The notes below the pieces were generated by a model. The model was not told the DNA's origin. It ran no database searches and saw nothing but the letters and a program-made list of their open reading frames with translations. A DNA stretch of 64,000 nt from Corallochytrium limacisporum Hawaii (lineage: Eukaryota > Protista > Pluriformea), in assembly GCA_002811645.1 (NCBI GenBank), contig PDIP01000020.1:112305-176304 (forward strand), in the 5' to 3' direction. This document shows, in pieces, positions 23,119-32,862 of this stretch. The position numbers and the translations under genes are program-made. Every line of letters starts with the position of its first letter. The first letter of the stretch is position 1.

Positions 23119-23776
23119 ATGTAGCATGGTTAAGGAACATACAGATGTAGTGCAAGCAGTTTTCCAACCAGGCCCATGTCGTCCACGAATTGCCGTAAGC
23201 GCCGGATCGTCTCAAAATACGGCTTAGCTCCAGTCCGGACTGGAGCTCCTCTTTCGGCTCAATGAAGGGATGTCCCACTTTGGGCTGGCGCGAGTTATAC
23301 CGGGAGTCGAATTTTTGTAGCCAAAAGTCTCACTGTTGACACATGCGGAAGCCGACCGGACGCGCGCAATTCCCGAAGAAAATCATATAAAAGTGACTCC
23401 TCGAGAGAACGATGGAGAGCATCTGTCTCTTCCTTGTCACCAGAGCGGCTGCGCATTGGGTCTTTGTGCACCGGAGACCCGTCTTTGGGGACCAGCGGGC
23501 GTTGCTCAGGTTTTGTGTGCTGGGTTTGGGTGGGTCTCAGCCCCTCATCTAGACGCGGTGTGTAGCACAGTCTCCCAAACCAGTGTGTTTCCGCGATCGC
23601 ATGGCCACTTATTATGTGGCATAGGTCAGGTGGGAGATGCAATCGCGGAGAGGGGAAAAGCTGACAGAGCCCATTCGGGAGTGTACTTAAGCATCGGTGG
23701 ATCGAGTGTTGGGGATTTCGGACATAGGGAAACACCACAAAGAATTGCTATACGACAGCGACGTCTGGTATCCAAA

Positions 23777-24769
23777 ATGAACAAGATCAGAAGAGCGGCG
23801 CCCTGGCGATCCCATAGTACGGCCAGTATGAATCCAAAGCTTCGGCGGCGGACGAGATCACCACAGCGCGTCCAGCACGTTGGCAATCCTGAACCCGCAC
23901 TATGTACAGTAAGCAGATCACAAGAAGAGGTCCCTGCCGATCCTGATAAATGGACTCCATACGCGCCAAAAACTATTCCCGGAGTGATCTTGACTCCCTG
24001 GTCAGACAGCATGTCAGTGAGAAGCTCTCGGGATTCTTTCCTTCTCCTAGACATTCTCGGTGTGACCCCCACAAAGAACCGCCACAGTGGGGTAAGTGTA
24101 AACAAATCTTACTGTTCCGCGCGGCAAGCCTTCAAAGGATCCAATGCTCTTTTAGACCAACCCAGTTTCTGCGTGCCGCAAGTAACATCCCCGAAGAACC
24201 CGCTTCCATCAGTAGCTCAAGGGACACCGTGTCCTTCCTGTTCCTTAGCGGTGCACTTCCAGGATAGAAAGATACACAGATGTCCTACTCCAGAACGTGA
24301 CTACTCAGGGCTATCATCACAGGGACCAGATCGATCATTGAATCAGATATTCCACGAACACTTGCCTGTGTACAGTAGCCCAATAGGATTGGTGTCCCCG
24401 TTTGTAATCAATCTTACCCCACCTAGGCCATCCACTGAAGACGAGAGTGACCGCTGCTGTACCACCGCAATCCCTGACTATATACTAGAGCAAGGTACCC
24501 CGAGAAAATGTGTAAATCCGCGACATCTGACTGGCGACGTCCTGAGCATATCTACGAGAGGACTGATATGTCCTAACGGTACAGATGCTACTAATGCCTT
24601 CGCTCTGTTTTCAAAGTCTGTGCACACTGCGTTCCCTGACGGCAGCTTCCACAGGAAACGACTTGAGGATCTTTGGTGGGCGCTTAGCTATGAACAACAA
24701 GTTCCGTTCATCGCAACCACTCGTAAGATTCGTAGACTTCAAAGATCGAAGGAATTTGGATACTTTTAA
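23777..24769 (+). CDS. Putative C2HC zinc-knuckle plus divergent HMG-box protein
   Basis: First in-frame ATG is 23777, with the frame open from 23321. CPSC-x11-HRC at 24230-24283; C-terminal NAFALFSK...LEDLWWALSYEQQVPF resembles HMG-box helices. Confidence 0.55.
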   Translation: MNKIRRAAPWRSHSTASMNPKLRRRTRSPQRVQHVGNPEPALCTVSRSQEEVPADPDKWTPYAPKTIPGVILTPWSDSMSVRSSRDSFLLLDILGVTPTKNRHSGVSVNKSYCSARQAFKGSNALLDQPSFCVPQVTSPKNPLPSVAQGTPCPSCSLAVHFQDRKIHRCPTPERDYSGLSSQGPDRSLNQIFHEHLPVYSSPIGLVSPFVINLTPPRPSTEDESDRCCTTAIPDYILEQGTPRKCVNPRHLTGDVLSISTRGLICPNGTDATNAFALFSKSVHTAFPDGSFHRKRLEDLWWALSYEQQVPFIATTRKIRRLQRSKEFGYF

Positions 24770-24782
24770 TTCAATGTTGACC

Positions 24783-26792
24783 TCATCCTGCGCTGATTAT
24801 CGGTCGGCCAGGTGAGGCCAGGACCTGAGCAAGTCTACTGAGTAGGTTGAGAGTCAATTCACGGTCCAAAGTTCGCTTCTCACTTCCGCAAGCTTTCTGT
24901 TCCTCCAGGGATACCTGTACCTCTTGCATGAGTCGCATGATGATATCGTGGCTGATGAGTTGATTGGGAAAAGATTTGGAGCTCTCAACACACAGATGTG
25001 CAACCAAAGGCCAGGCATGTGCCGGACAACGCTCCATGATGTAAGCAAGAGACGCATTGATGTCTTGGCAGATACCAACATCGACCAATTCAAATTCATA
25101 AAGGAACTCGGCTGCGATGCATCCACCAAGGTCCAGACGGTCAATATCTTGGAAAGCGGCACTGCTCTGCACAGGAAGACCCGCATTCAGTTGATCAATA
25201 CGGAGGGAAACGACATAGTCCACGATGCTAGCCGCCAGTTGGTAACTACGACCTCTGACGCACCACACAATGGCTTCATGGTGCTTGCCCCGTTTTCGCA
25301 AAAGTTTAATTGCCCATTCACGGCATTTGCTATCAGATACTTCAGCAAATTCAAACTCACGGCAACGGCGCATGATGTAAAGTAATTCCCTTTCGCTATG
25401 CACTTCAATTCCCTCTAAAGCTGTCTCAATGTGTCTCGGTGCTGCACATGCGCTTGCATACTCAATACCAATATCTACGAGGGCCTCACTCTGGATCAAG
25501 ATCTCTGCGTATTCCATGATTAACGAGTCTCTGACAGACACATCCTCGCCGTCCGCAGAAATTTCGTTAAGGTATCCGCAACGTGCGAGATAGTCACCTA
25601 AGTGACATGCAAACCAGCTTCCACACTCCAGCAGCAGACCGAGTTTGCTGATTAGCTGAATATCATCGTAGCGCATTATATCCAGGACGAGCCCTTCAAT
25701 ACTGACGGCATCCCGCCGATTACTGTCCGGATCCATGTCCAGACCCATGTCCCGTGCCAAATCTTCCATCACATCTGCAACATTTCGCAAAGATGTATGT
25801 GGACATTCGTAGTAAATGTGTGAGAGCACGGTCATAAAGAACCGGTCATGGCGGTTGTTCTTGTCTCCAACAAGCTCTTGCAACAAAGAGTTGGTCTGTT
25901 CCCTATCTGCACTGAGCACGCCGAGCAGTGAAACAAGTACCTGTGGGTACCCTTTCTGAACAGCACTGCGATACTCCGCCTTTGCCTGGATAGTCCACTC
26001 CTTGAAAGACAGCTCAACAGTTGTGGGATCCATTGCTGCGCCCCCAATAAAGGCCATACGGTATCCACCATACTCAATGGTTGTACTGATGCCAGGGTAG
26101 GCCCGTAACAGTTCCAACACACTATCGTATGCATACCGTTGACCTGAGTCCCGTCCTGCCATGAAACTCACAACATCCATAACCCACAGAAGATCAGATC
26201 TCAATGCCGCAAGCAGCATGCTGTTCCGGGCAAATTCGGCATCGTCCGGGTTCTCTCCCAGATACTGTTCGCCTCGCATGCGCTCTCCAATTCCATATAC
26301 CTCAGCTCCCCAGGCCGCCAAGGCCGGGCCACTCGCAGCAGAAGGGGGAAAGGCTTCAAAGAAAGTTGTGACGAGCCCAAACAAAGATGCCATAAGTAGA
26401 TAAAGCTCTTTGTCACCTCCAGTTTCGGGGCCTGATCTTCTCATCAGGTCAAGTAAAAGGTCGCTGTAGCGATTGCCCAGTCCTTCCGACTCCATAACAT
26501 CTGAACGTCTTTTCTGAAACTGGATGAACACGTTGAGACTTTGCCTGGCGAGAAGCGCATGTCGTGTACAGAAAGCCCCAGGTCCTTGACCATTTGAATG
26601 TGACCTTATTGTGGGTGGCAGGTCATCTCCCCGTCCCCGAGGCATCAGCAAGCGTGCGTCAACATATGGCCCCAAAATCTCTGCTGCTGGAAATGGTTGG
26701 ATCTCCCCCGTCGCTGGACTAGCAGTAACGAATGTGTCTGTATCCATTGTTTTGCTTGAAAATCTACACCAAATCAACGCATACCAGGTCAC
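24783..26792 (-). CDS. NUP85: Nucleoporin Nup85
   Basis: About 650-aa helical protein; WFACHLGDYL and RDSLIMEYA match the Nup85 W...HL.D.L and RE.L...YA segments. The ATG start is probably at about 26747 (MDTDTF). Confidence 0.82.
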   Translation of the reverse strand: MTWYALIWCRFSSKTMDTDTFVTASPATGEIQPFPAAEILGPYVDARLLMPRGRGDDLPPTIRSHSNGQGPGAFCTRHALLARQSLNVFIQFQKRRSDVMESEGLGNRYSDLLLDLMRRSGPETGGDKELYLLMASLFGLVTTFFEAFPPSAASGPALAAWGAEVYGIGERMRGEQYLGENPDDAEFARNSMLLAALRSDLLWVMDVVSFMAGRDSGQRYAYDSVLELLRAYPGISTTIEYGGYRMAFIGGAAMDPTTVELSFKEWTIQAKAEYRSAVQKGYPQVLVSLLGVLSADREQTNSLLQELVGDKNNRHDRFFMTVLSHIYYECPHTSLRNVADVMEDLARDMGLDMDPDSNRRDAVSIEGLVLDIMRYDDIQLISKLGLLLECGSWFACHLGDYLARCGYLNEISADGEDVSVRDSLIMEYAEILIQSEALVDIGIEYASACAAPRHIETALEGIEVHSERELLYIMRRCREFEFAEVSDSKCREWAIKLLRKRGKHHEAIVWCVRGRSYQLAASIVDYVVSLRIDQLNAGLPVQSSAAFQDIDRLDLGGCIAAEFLYEFELVDVGICQDINASLAYIMERCPAHAWPLVAHLCVESSKSFPNQLISHDIIMRLMQEVQVSLEEQKACGSEKRTLDRELTLNLLSRLAQVLASPGRPIISAG

Positions 26793-27543
26793 TGGTCATC
26801 ATTTGAAAATTGCTCATCGGACTACTAAATCTGCTCATCGTGCCATTATCTTGCTCCATGTAGCCGTCAATTGATACATCTATATACCTCTACCTTGCCA
26901 ACCGAGCACCCACACACACGGTACGCCCAGAGGCAAACGCTCGCGCTCTATGCCGTTGGGACTCCCACTCCAGTGTGTAAGCCGGTCCTCTGTGCCCTCC
27001 CTCTTTCGCGCCCCATCCCCAAATTTACGTGTGGACACCGCTCCTATGCCCCTTTACTCACCCTAGGTGGTGGTTTTGGGTGGCACAGGAACAGTGGGAA
27101 GTGAAGGCTGCGGTGTTGTTTGGTACATTCAATATCGATCCATAGAGTGGTTCTGTTGGACGTGACTCCCACAGGAAAGGGCAAAAGAGGGTTTGAACCT
27201 GGAGCAGCAAAGGTGGTCGGGGGGCCACGTGAAGCAAGAAGTGAAGGTTGAGCTGCAGGTCATATACACCAGAGCAAGGGGTTAGCACGAGCCCCCTGCG
27301 GCAGACAAACGGTCAAGAGTCCGTGAAAGGCGAAACGTTCAAACTATTGGTTTTAGACTGTGAACCACCGTGACACCGTTGAGATTCTTGAAAGGTGTTT
27401 GTAAGCTAGTAAAGTCGCCTTGCATTACATCTTCCACTTGGAGTATTGGAACACAAGTAAATGATGCGTTATAACGACTGAAATGTGCAATGATTGGGTC
27501 CATGTTGTTAACCATTGGTAGATAGTTTTAACGGAATCCCAGC

Positions 27544-28293
27544 ATGACAAATCCAAGGGCATGGAGTAAGTATATTTACCGCAATCTGCACAAACGGATG
27601 CGCAAATTTGGAAACAATAAGAAGGACAAACGCATTGTGATCAGACAGCACCTGAGTCATTTAATTCTTCATGAACGCTTGGTAACGACGTGGACCAATG
27701 TAAAGAGAATTGAACCGTATGCAGAAAAACTGTTGTACAATGCAGAGCGGGTAGTTAACCTGAAGGAGACTAGTGCTCACAAGGTTGTGACTGCTTACCT
27801 GATGAAGGAGTACTGGACTATTCCCAAGCTGTACAAATACTTGATTCCTAGGTACCAAGACCTCCCCCGTAGTGACATTCCAACGGAGAAACAGAACGAT
27901 ACTCATTGGAAGTACGCACCCAGAACCCGGTACACACAGACTTTTCGCTTACCAGAGCGTAAGTCAGACCGTGCACGGATGGGAGTTATTGAGTTGGTCG
28001 GTCATCCTTTCCCGCCGATTACATACGGTAGAGAAGAGCAGGAGAGGCTGTTCAAGGAGTTCATAGAGAACAAGCCCAGGTTCCGTTTCCCCGACAAAGG
28101 TGATCGTCTGAGGCGGCTGATGCACTACGAGCCGTATAATAACGAGGAGGAAAGGCTTTACAGACTTCTTCCTGGTCGTGATGCAGAGCCGATGCGGCTG
28201 GACGGTGCAGCAGCAGGCACAGTTGTTGATCGGAGTGAGGGTGAGGTGCGTCAGGCACCATCGACATCAAATCAAGCAGATCACACGTCGTGA
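27544..28293 (+). CDS. MRPL17: Mitochondrial ribosomal protein bL17m
   Basis: RKFG, LILHERLVTTW, YAEKL, IPKL...L.PRY, R.SDRARMGVIELVG. Confidence 0.9.
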   Translation: MTNPRAWSKYIYRNLHKRMRKFGNNKKDKRIVIRQHLSHLILHERLVTTWTNVKRIEPYAEKLLYNAERVVNLKETSAHKVVTAYLMKEYWTIPKLYKYLIPRYQDLPRSDIPTEKQNDTHWKYAPRTRYTQTFRLPERKSDRARMGVIELVGHPFPPITYGREEQERLFKEFIENKPRFRFPDKGDRLRRLMHYEPYNNEEERLYRLLPGRDAEPMRLDGAAAGTVVDRSEGEVRQAPSTSNQADHTS

Positions 28294-28395
28294 GCCTGCA
28301 CACCAATCAACCAAAAATTGTGTAGTTTACATAAATGACATGTATGTTTAGAGAAAATTTCGATTTTCTGAGACAGCCAGTGTTTGGAAAGGAAA

Positions 28396-30237
28396 TTACA
28401 ATTCATCTTTCTTCGTCTTCGGCCCCCTTTTCTTTGAAATGGCCTTGATGACCTTGTGCAGAGTTTCGGTGTCTGCCTTGGATTTTGGAGCCTCCTTCTT
28501 GACTGAAGGTTCTTTGATCTGAGCCTCCTGTCTTATTCCCTTTCCTTTTGTATGCTCCATGGTTTCGGGGCCCTGTGCACGAATAGTATGCACTTTGCCT
28601 TCCTTATCCTTCTCTTGTGAAGTGGGTCTGCTCGGCTGCTCATTCTTACGGCCATCGGTGTCCCCAGCCTGTTGCTCCTCATTCGTTGATTTTTTGTCCT
28701 CATCTCTTTCCACATTACCAACGTCTTCTAGCAACACATCTATGTCGACATCATTCTCGGAGCCCATGCCATCGAAAATTTTGCGTACTTCGTCAGAACT
28801 CAAAGTCTGGTACGTGATTTTTAATGGCGAATCTCCACCTTCCATCTCTTCAATTTCCGCGAGTAGCTCCTGATTCTTGTCAAGGAGACCTTTAAATACA
28901 CTAGCAATGAATTCCTCAAATTGCTCTGTGGTCATGTCATCTATCTCCGAAAGCTCAAGCATGCGGGCGAGATTTAGATCATCCACATCTGCAGAAGAGC
29001 TCAGTGTATGTTGATCCGCTGAATGTGACTTTCCAATCTGTCTCTCACCATCATCCGATTTTTTTGCGACAAAACCCTTCGGGTTTTTGATTGGGGCAGT
29101 GGGCACATCCAGCTTTTCTTGTAGATCGTGTGCCACCACATGCGGTCCGGTAGTGGACGGGTGAAGCTCTGACAAGACCTGACTCAACTCGCCTGCGATG
29201 TGCTGAACCTCCGCCCAGGTTCGGCCTCTAAAGCGATTACCGAAATGTATGGACCTTACCGATTTGCCAAAACGCCTAGATGAAAATTTAACCTCAAACC
29301 TAACCATGTCATGGTCATCTAGCGGCAATTCCTCCGAATAAGCTTTGGTCGATGAGTGTTCGGTATAGGCAGTCACTTTCATTTGGACATCCAATGGCTC
29401 CGGTTCGTGACCTCCCGGGCTCTTCACGTCCATCGTTTCGTCCTCTATTGAGGCAAGATGATGCCAGATCACTGGATTGATTGTATCCTCAGGTTCACAA
29501 TAAACATCATGGGATAGCTGCGGCTTGGTATTGAAATGTGGCAGTCCACATATCCTTGGAGTGGTGATGATCACGATATAAGAGCATATCGCAGGCTCCA
29601 AAACTCTCTGGATGGCCTCTTCATCTTCCTTGCACACATATCTTATTTCTGCCCTCCGTGGTCTTTCTGTGGGGGCGCAAATTGTTCCGTACTCCCAGCT
29701 TTGGTAGAAGAAGGGTGCGTGGTCTCCACCTACCTTTGTGATATTTTGCCTGACCTTACCAGTTTTGGGCACGGTTGGGACCCGACCCAGGAGATAGGAC
29801 TCGCGCTGTCCAGTTTTTTCATGAATTTTGCCGGATTGTTCGATGTCTTTGTTGAAGCAGAACTTGTAGTTCCAAAACCCCTGGTGCAGTGAAAGGCATT
29901 CACCCTTCATTTCCCTCAGACGATCTTCAACAAACTCGATTGCATTTGTCAATTCCTCGGTGGTCATGTCCAAAGGTTCTGCTTCTTGGGCGTAGTCCAG
30001 AGGTATACTGCAAGTGTACCTTTCACCATCGTGAGCAATAAACGATTTGGTTCTCCTGTCCGGGCTGCTTCTATGATCCTCCGGACTGTCCACCTCAGCG
30101 GCATCCCACGGACGCGGAAGACCAAGATTCAAATTAGACGCTTGCCACTCGTCTGCACGCAAAAAACCAATTAATTTTGCAGAAACTAATGCCATACTTG
30201 CTGCCCAAATGGCAACCACTATTACGTAGTCACGCAT
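28396..30237 (-). CDS. ER lectin OS-9/Yos9/erlectin family (MRH domain)
   Basis: Signal peptide; CL....GFWNYKFC....I.Q, GTIC.....PRRAEIRYVC, V.EPAICSY......P.IC; C-terminal KDEL. Confidence 0.88.
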   Translation of the reverse strand: MRDYVIVVAIWAASMALVSAKLIGFLRADEWQASNLNLGLPRPWDAAEVDSPEDHRSSPDRRTKSFIAHDGERYTCSIPLDYAQEAEPLDMTTEELTNAIEFVEDRLREMKGECLSLHQGFWNYKFCFNKDIEQSGKIHEKTGQRESYLLGRVPTVPKTGKVRQNITKVGGDHAPFFYQSWEYGTICAPTERPRRAEIRYVCKEDEEAIQRVLEPAICSYIVIITTPRICGLPHFNTKPQLSHDVYCEPEDTINPVIWHHLASIEDETMDVKSPGGHEPEPLDVQMKVTAYTEHSSTKAYSEELPLDDHDMVRFEVKFSSRRFGKSVRSIHFGNRFRGRTWAEVQHIAGELSQVLSELHPSTTGPHVVAHDLQEKLDVPTAPIKNPKGFVAKKSDDGERQIGKSHSADQHTLSSSADVDDLNLARMLELSEIDDMTTEQFEEFIASVFKGLLDKNQELLAEIEEMEGGDSPLKITYQTLSSDEVRKIFDGMGSENDVDIDVLLEDVGNVERDEDKKSTNEEQQAGDTDGRKNEQPSRPTSQEKDKEGKVHTIRAQGPETMEHTKGKGIRQEAQIKEPSVKKEAPKSKADTETLHKVIKAISKKRGPKTKKDEL

Positions 30238-30626
30238 GACTGACTCCCACTGTGGTCCTAGTCAAATTTCAGTTCATGACGGGTTGTGCTTTGGCTGTCG
30301 GACTATGATATGCTGTTGTGCTTGTGTTCGGTCTTACCCAGATGTGACGAATCGTCAAATAAACATGTTCACTCCGCCAACTAAACAAAACATCTGTCAT
30401 TCATGTAGCTCCACTCGTCAGCTTCACAAGTCCTATTCTTGTTTGGGAGCTGGTGCCTCGTCACAACTGGTAGCGACCGTTGGGGAAACTGTGAGGGGAC
30501 GGTCTGCAGAGGGTCGGAAGGGGGGGGAAGCATTCTCTGCAATAGATTAACAAGCCCTCTACATGGCAGTTTATTTTTCCATATTTCGAAACAAAGGGGA
30601 GATAGCCTGAAATTCACCGAGAGCGA

Positions 30627-32336
30627 CTATGCCAGCCCCTCCAGGGCGACAATAAGAGTGTTGCTGTTGGCCCGTTCGTCCCAAAAGCTCGCACATTCCG
30701 ATGCTGAAATGATGCCGCTCATGACAAGAAGATGCACGGCAGAACGGTCGGTGTAAGTACCAGTAGCAGAGTTCATTAAGCTACCCATCATGCCAGATAG
30801 CCCGCTGCTGTGTTCGTGCAATAAATGGTGTACTTGCTGAAAGTTCCTTGCATTGCAGGCGGTGATCAAGGCGTTCATATCAAATCCATAATTCTGTGCA
30901 TACAAGAACACACTACTCGACCTCTTGAGGCATTCTGGAATTGTCTCCGCAAGGCCAGTTTCGATCTGCTTCTCGACACAATCTAGGAGGTATGAATCAT
31001 TGCTGATGCTGGCAATGAAGGCCAGGAACTTGGGCAAGAAGACTTTGCAAAGCTGTGGATCCTCGCTCAAAAAGTCTACAACAGCGTCATATACTGTTTG
31101 GTACATCGCATCAGGTTGATTGTACGCCATATTCACCAGCATTGCGCATCGCAATTGCATCTTCTCTTCACACGCATATAGTGCCATTGCTATCTGAGAC
31201 ATAGAGATCAAGTGTCGCAAGAAGAGGCCATCGGTATCTTTCTGGTTCTTAAGGAGGTCGTGGTAGCTAGCTAGCTCCTCCTCAGTGACCTTCCGAGTAC
31301 TCTTAGGCATGGGGTAATGCAAAGATGCGCTCAAGCTATAATTCAGGACTTCGCGTCTGAGCCCGAGAAGGCCGTTCTGCAGTTTTTTGCCAGCAATGGC
31401 ACGTACAGGGTGGATGGTCTGCCTTGCCTCTTCGGCTAGATGAACAGGAAAAGGATCGTTTGATGCTGTACTATGCTCATCTAGAGCCTTGGCATGAATC
31501 CACGCGTCACGTATCCGGTCTACGGTGCTGTCGTGGAAGCTCGTGCACCCAACACCGTTGGCTAGACGATCCAGAAATATTACAGAACACATTCGAGCAT
31601 TCTTAATGTTTCCATGCAGTGTACCCACTCTCTCAAGATATGCTTCAGCTAATACATTGCCAACAGTGCCAAGTGATCGGATGGTGCTTGCATGGGGTGT
31701 CCCCATACCGACATCCATTATATCTGCCACGGCACAAACTAGATGCTCAGTGCTTCTGTCTCCTGTGATTGTGTCGACACCAAGGGCCATGCGTGACTCT
31801 GAGCTTGTGGGGATCAGCAGCAGTCCTGACGGAGAGATCAAACATGGCCAGCGGCAATGTTTCAATCCTAGCTGCACAGGCATCTGCATACCACCCGTTT
31901 GTATTCCGCCCAGGCCTTTCCAAACAAGTCCCAGTTTGCTGTCATACATTTCCCTGCTCTTGCAACGAAATGTTGACCCACATAGTGTTATCCGTTTCAC
32001 TTTGTGATCCTTATGACATAATGACAACACATGTTGTGAACATGCCCTTAACTTCTCCTCGCTGTAAGTGCTCACCAAGAACATGATCAGCTTGGGTCCG
32101 AGATCTTCACTGTAGACATGTGACTCTTCATTGTCTACCAGAGGTCCAATCGCTATTGCACCTCGTTCGAGAAGCTCTGCAGGCCATGATTCTCCTACTA
32201 AGTTGTCAAGCACCTTGGCTGTATCGCTATCCCAGTATACACAGGTCTCACCCTCTACTATCTCCCCCAAAACAACGTCAAACGAACCTCTTGCTACCCG
32301 CTTTAGTCGGCCTTCAATCTGTTTTAGTAAGTCCAT
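30627..32336 (-). CDS. Divergent Sec1/Munc18-family protein, SCFD2/MIP3-like
   Basis: 569 aa; 'VYWD', 'IRSLG..G..LA', 'SVIFLDR' and C-terminal 'LLVMSGIISASE' resemble SM-family and SCFD2 motifs. Confidence 0.6.
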   Translation of the reverse strand: MDLLKQIEGRLKRVARGSFDVVLGEIVEGETCVYWDSDTAKVLDNLVGESWPAELLERGAIAIGPLVDNEESHVYSEDLGPKLIMFLVSTYSEEKLRACSQHVLSLCHKDHKVKRITLCGSTFRCKSREMYDSKLGLVWKGLGGIQTGGMQMPVQLGLKHCRWPCLISPSGLLLIPTSSESRMALGVDTITGDRSTEHLVCAVADIMDVGMGTPHASTIRSLGTVGNVLAEAYLERVGTLHGNIKNARMCSVIFLDRLANGVGCTSFHDSTVDRIRDAWIHAKALDEHSTASNDPFPVHLAEEARQTIHPVRAIAGKKLQNGLLGLRREVLNYSLSASLHYPMPKSTRKVTEEELASYHDLLKNQKDTDGLFLRHLISMSQIAMALYACEEKMQLRCAMLVNMAYNQPDAMYQTVYDAVVDFLSEDPQLCKVFLPKFLAFIASISNDSYLLDCVEKQIETGLAETIPECLKRSSSVFLYAQNYGFDMNALITACNARNFQQVHHLLHEHSSGLSGMMGSLMNSATGTYTDRSAVHLLVMSGIISASECASFWDERANSNTLIVALEGLA

Positions 32337-32707
32337 GGTTGGGCATTATTCCCCAAACAGAAATTTCTGTGATCAACAGATCTCGCACATATGCGGCTTA
32401 CTACTTTTCATACAAATCGGCAAAATACCTGATCATAGCGCCATGGCCTGATATAGCAACTGAATTCCCGAGGTCCGGCGTGCAATGCAAAAATCCATGT
32501 AGTCGGTCGAGAAGCGGGGGGCGGTAACCAACCGCCCTCTCCGAGAAGAGAGCCGGTAAGGGTTCAGTTCCTTTAGGTGCCTTAAACCGCAACCTCCAAT
32601 CCTCCCCTCGGGGGACTACCCGGTTGGGCCAGACCCACTGCTGCCGCGGTCACAGGCACACAATGTGGCGTTGGTATTTAAACGGATTGCCGGTGCAAAA
32701 GGGCAAA

Positions 32708-32740
32708 TTGAAATTGAAATTGAAACAGAAATAGAAATAG
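32708..32740. repeat. Short hexamer repeat (TTGAAA)3 drifting to (TAGAAA)
   Basis: ttgaaattgaaattgaaacagaaatagaaatag in the SCFD2/TNNI3K divergent intergenic region. Confidence 0.7.
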
Positions 32741-32862
32741 CCTTTAACAGTTTATCTCCTTTTTGCGACGTAGATCAGACTACACAACAAAGCGGAAAAC
32801 AATGAACGTAACATAAACTACAGGAGTGTACTGTAATCGGCTTTGCTCAGGAAAGCAAGACC

